NCBI GenBank assembly: GCA_910592345.1
Contig: CAJVPI010000240.1
Span: 1-40,123, forward strand
Source of the DNA: Paraglomus brasilianum
Lineage: Eukaryota
Length of the DNA stretch: 40,123 nt
Direction: 5' to 3'
Part shown: in pieces, positions 39,613 to 40,123 of the stretch
Numbering within the stretch: position 1 is the stretch's first letter
Layout: each line of letters opens with the position of its first letter
Made by a program: the position numbers and the translations under genes
Notes under the pieces: generated by a model
What the model saw: only the letters and a program-made list of their open reading frames with translations
Told to the model about the DNA's origin: nothing
The model's database searches: none

Positions 39613-40123
39613 TCAAATGCAACACTTACTTTTATGCATATAGTAAACTTTTTCAAAAAAAGCCGTTGTACGCTTATAATTATTTGGAGCATTGTTATAC
39701 ATTTTATACCAATTTACTGCATTGATGTGCCATCTAATGTAATCGTATGTTCCAGACTGATATTTACGCAGTGATAACCATTGATCAACATTATTTAGTT
39801 CAAATGCTGCTTTATAAAAACAGCTATCCACAAGAATTTTGAACCATTCCACGTCAAAATGTCCAAGTTTGTTTACAAATTCACTAATTATATCAAATGC
39901 AGCATATTGCTTATTACTATCTATATGTCTAACATCATTTTCAGCTTTTTCCTTATTTTCAAGACCAATATGTGCTTTTAAGCTCAAGTACCAAATATTA
40001 TCACAAAACTTGTTTGCTTCAATTGCAGCTTCAATATCAGGCAGAGTGTGAACGGCGATTTTGTAAAACGGCGATTTGATCATGTGATCGCTGCGGTACT
40101 GAGATAGAGTGATGATCATTTCG
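39613..40123 (-). CDS. Hypothetical protein, 3' part only (gene enters from beyond the window end)
   Basis: At least 168 uninterrupted codons in AT-rich DNA with globular, helix-like composition. No family recognised. Confidence 0.5.
   Translation of the reverse strand, partial: EMIITLSQYRSDHMIKSPFYKIAVHTLPDIEAAIEANKFCDNIWYLSLKAHIGLENKEKAENDVRHIDSNKQYAAFDIISEFVNKLGHFDVEWFKILVDSCFYKAAFELNNVDQWLSLRKYQSGTYDYIRWHINAVNWYKMYNNAPNNYKRTTAFFEKVYYMHKSKCCI

Overview
AT-rich, intron-containing eukaryotic DNA with short GT-AG introns. It is most likely an early-diverging fungus of the Glomeromycotina type, an inference from its characteristic expanded kinase and Uma2-like nuclease families. Conserved genes are MCM6, a Rua1/DUF4451-domain protein, a MARVEL membrane protein, GH38 alpha-mannosidase (AMS1), the HEL2/ZNF598 E3 ligase, a GT15 KRE2/KTR mannosyltransferase, ISA1 and an NSUN3/4-like RNA m5C methyltransferase. 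Two decaying accessory zones interrupt them. The first is a kinase pseudogene at 1-2.1 kb. The second, at about 23.8-32.1 kb, holds a DD34D mariner with TIRs, a minisatellite, a foldback/MITE, a pogo/Tigger deletion derivative, a truncated kinase, a frameshifted PD-(D/E)XK nuclease and a further gene remnant. I found no CRISPR array, rRNA or convincing tRNA, and no clearly new multi-gene system. The best leads are the animal-type DD34D mariner in a CpG desert, the kinase-nuclease juxtaposition, twin microexons in AMS1, a GEGPA repeat inside the MCM6 winged-helix tail, an intronic hairpin in the GT15 gene, and cryptic CxxC-x16-CxxC exons upstream of the Rua1-domain gene. Exon boundaries were read by eye and are approximate unless stated.
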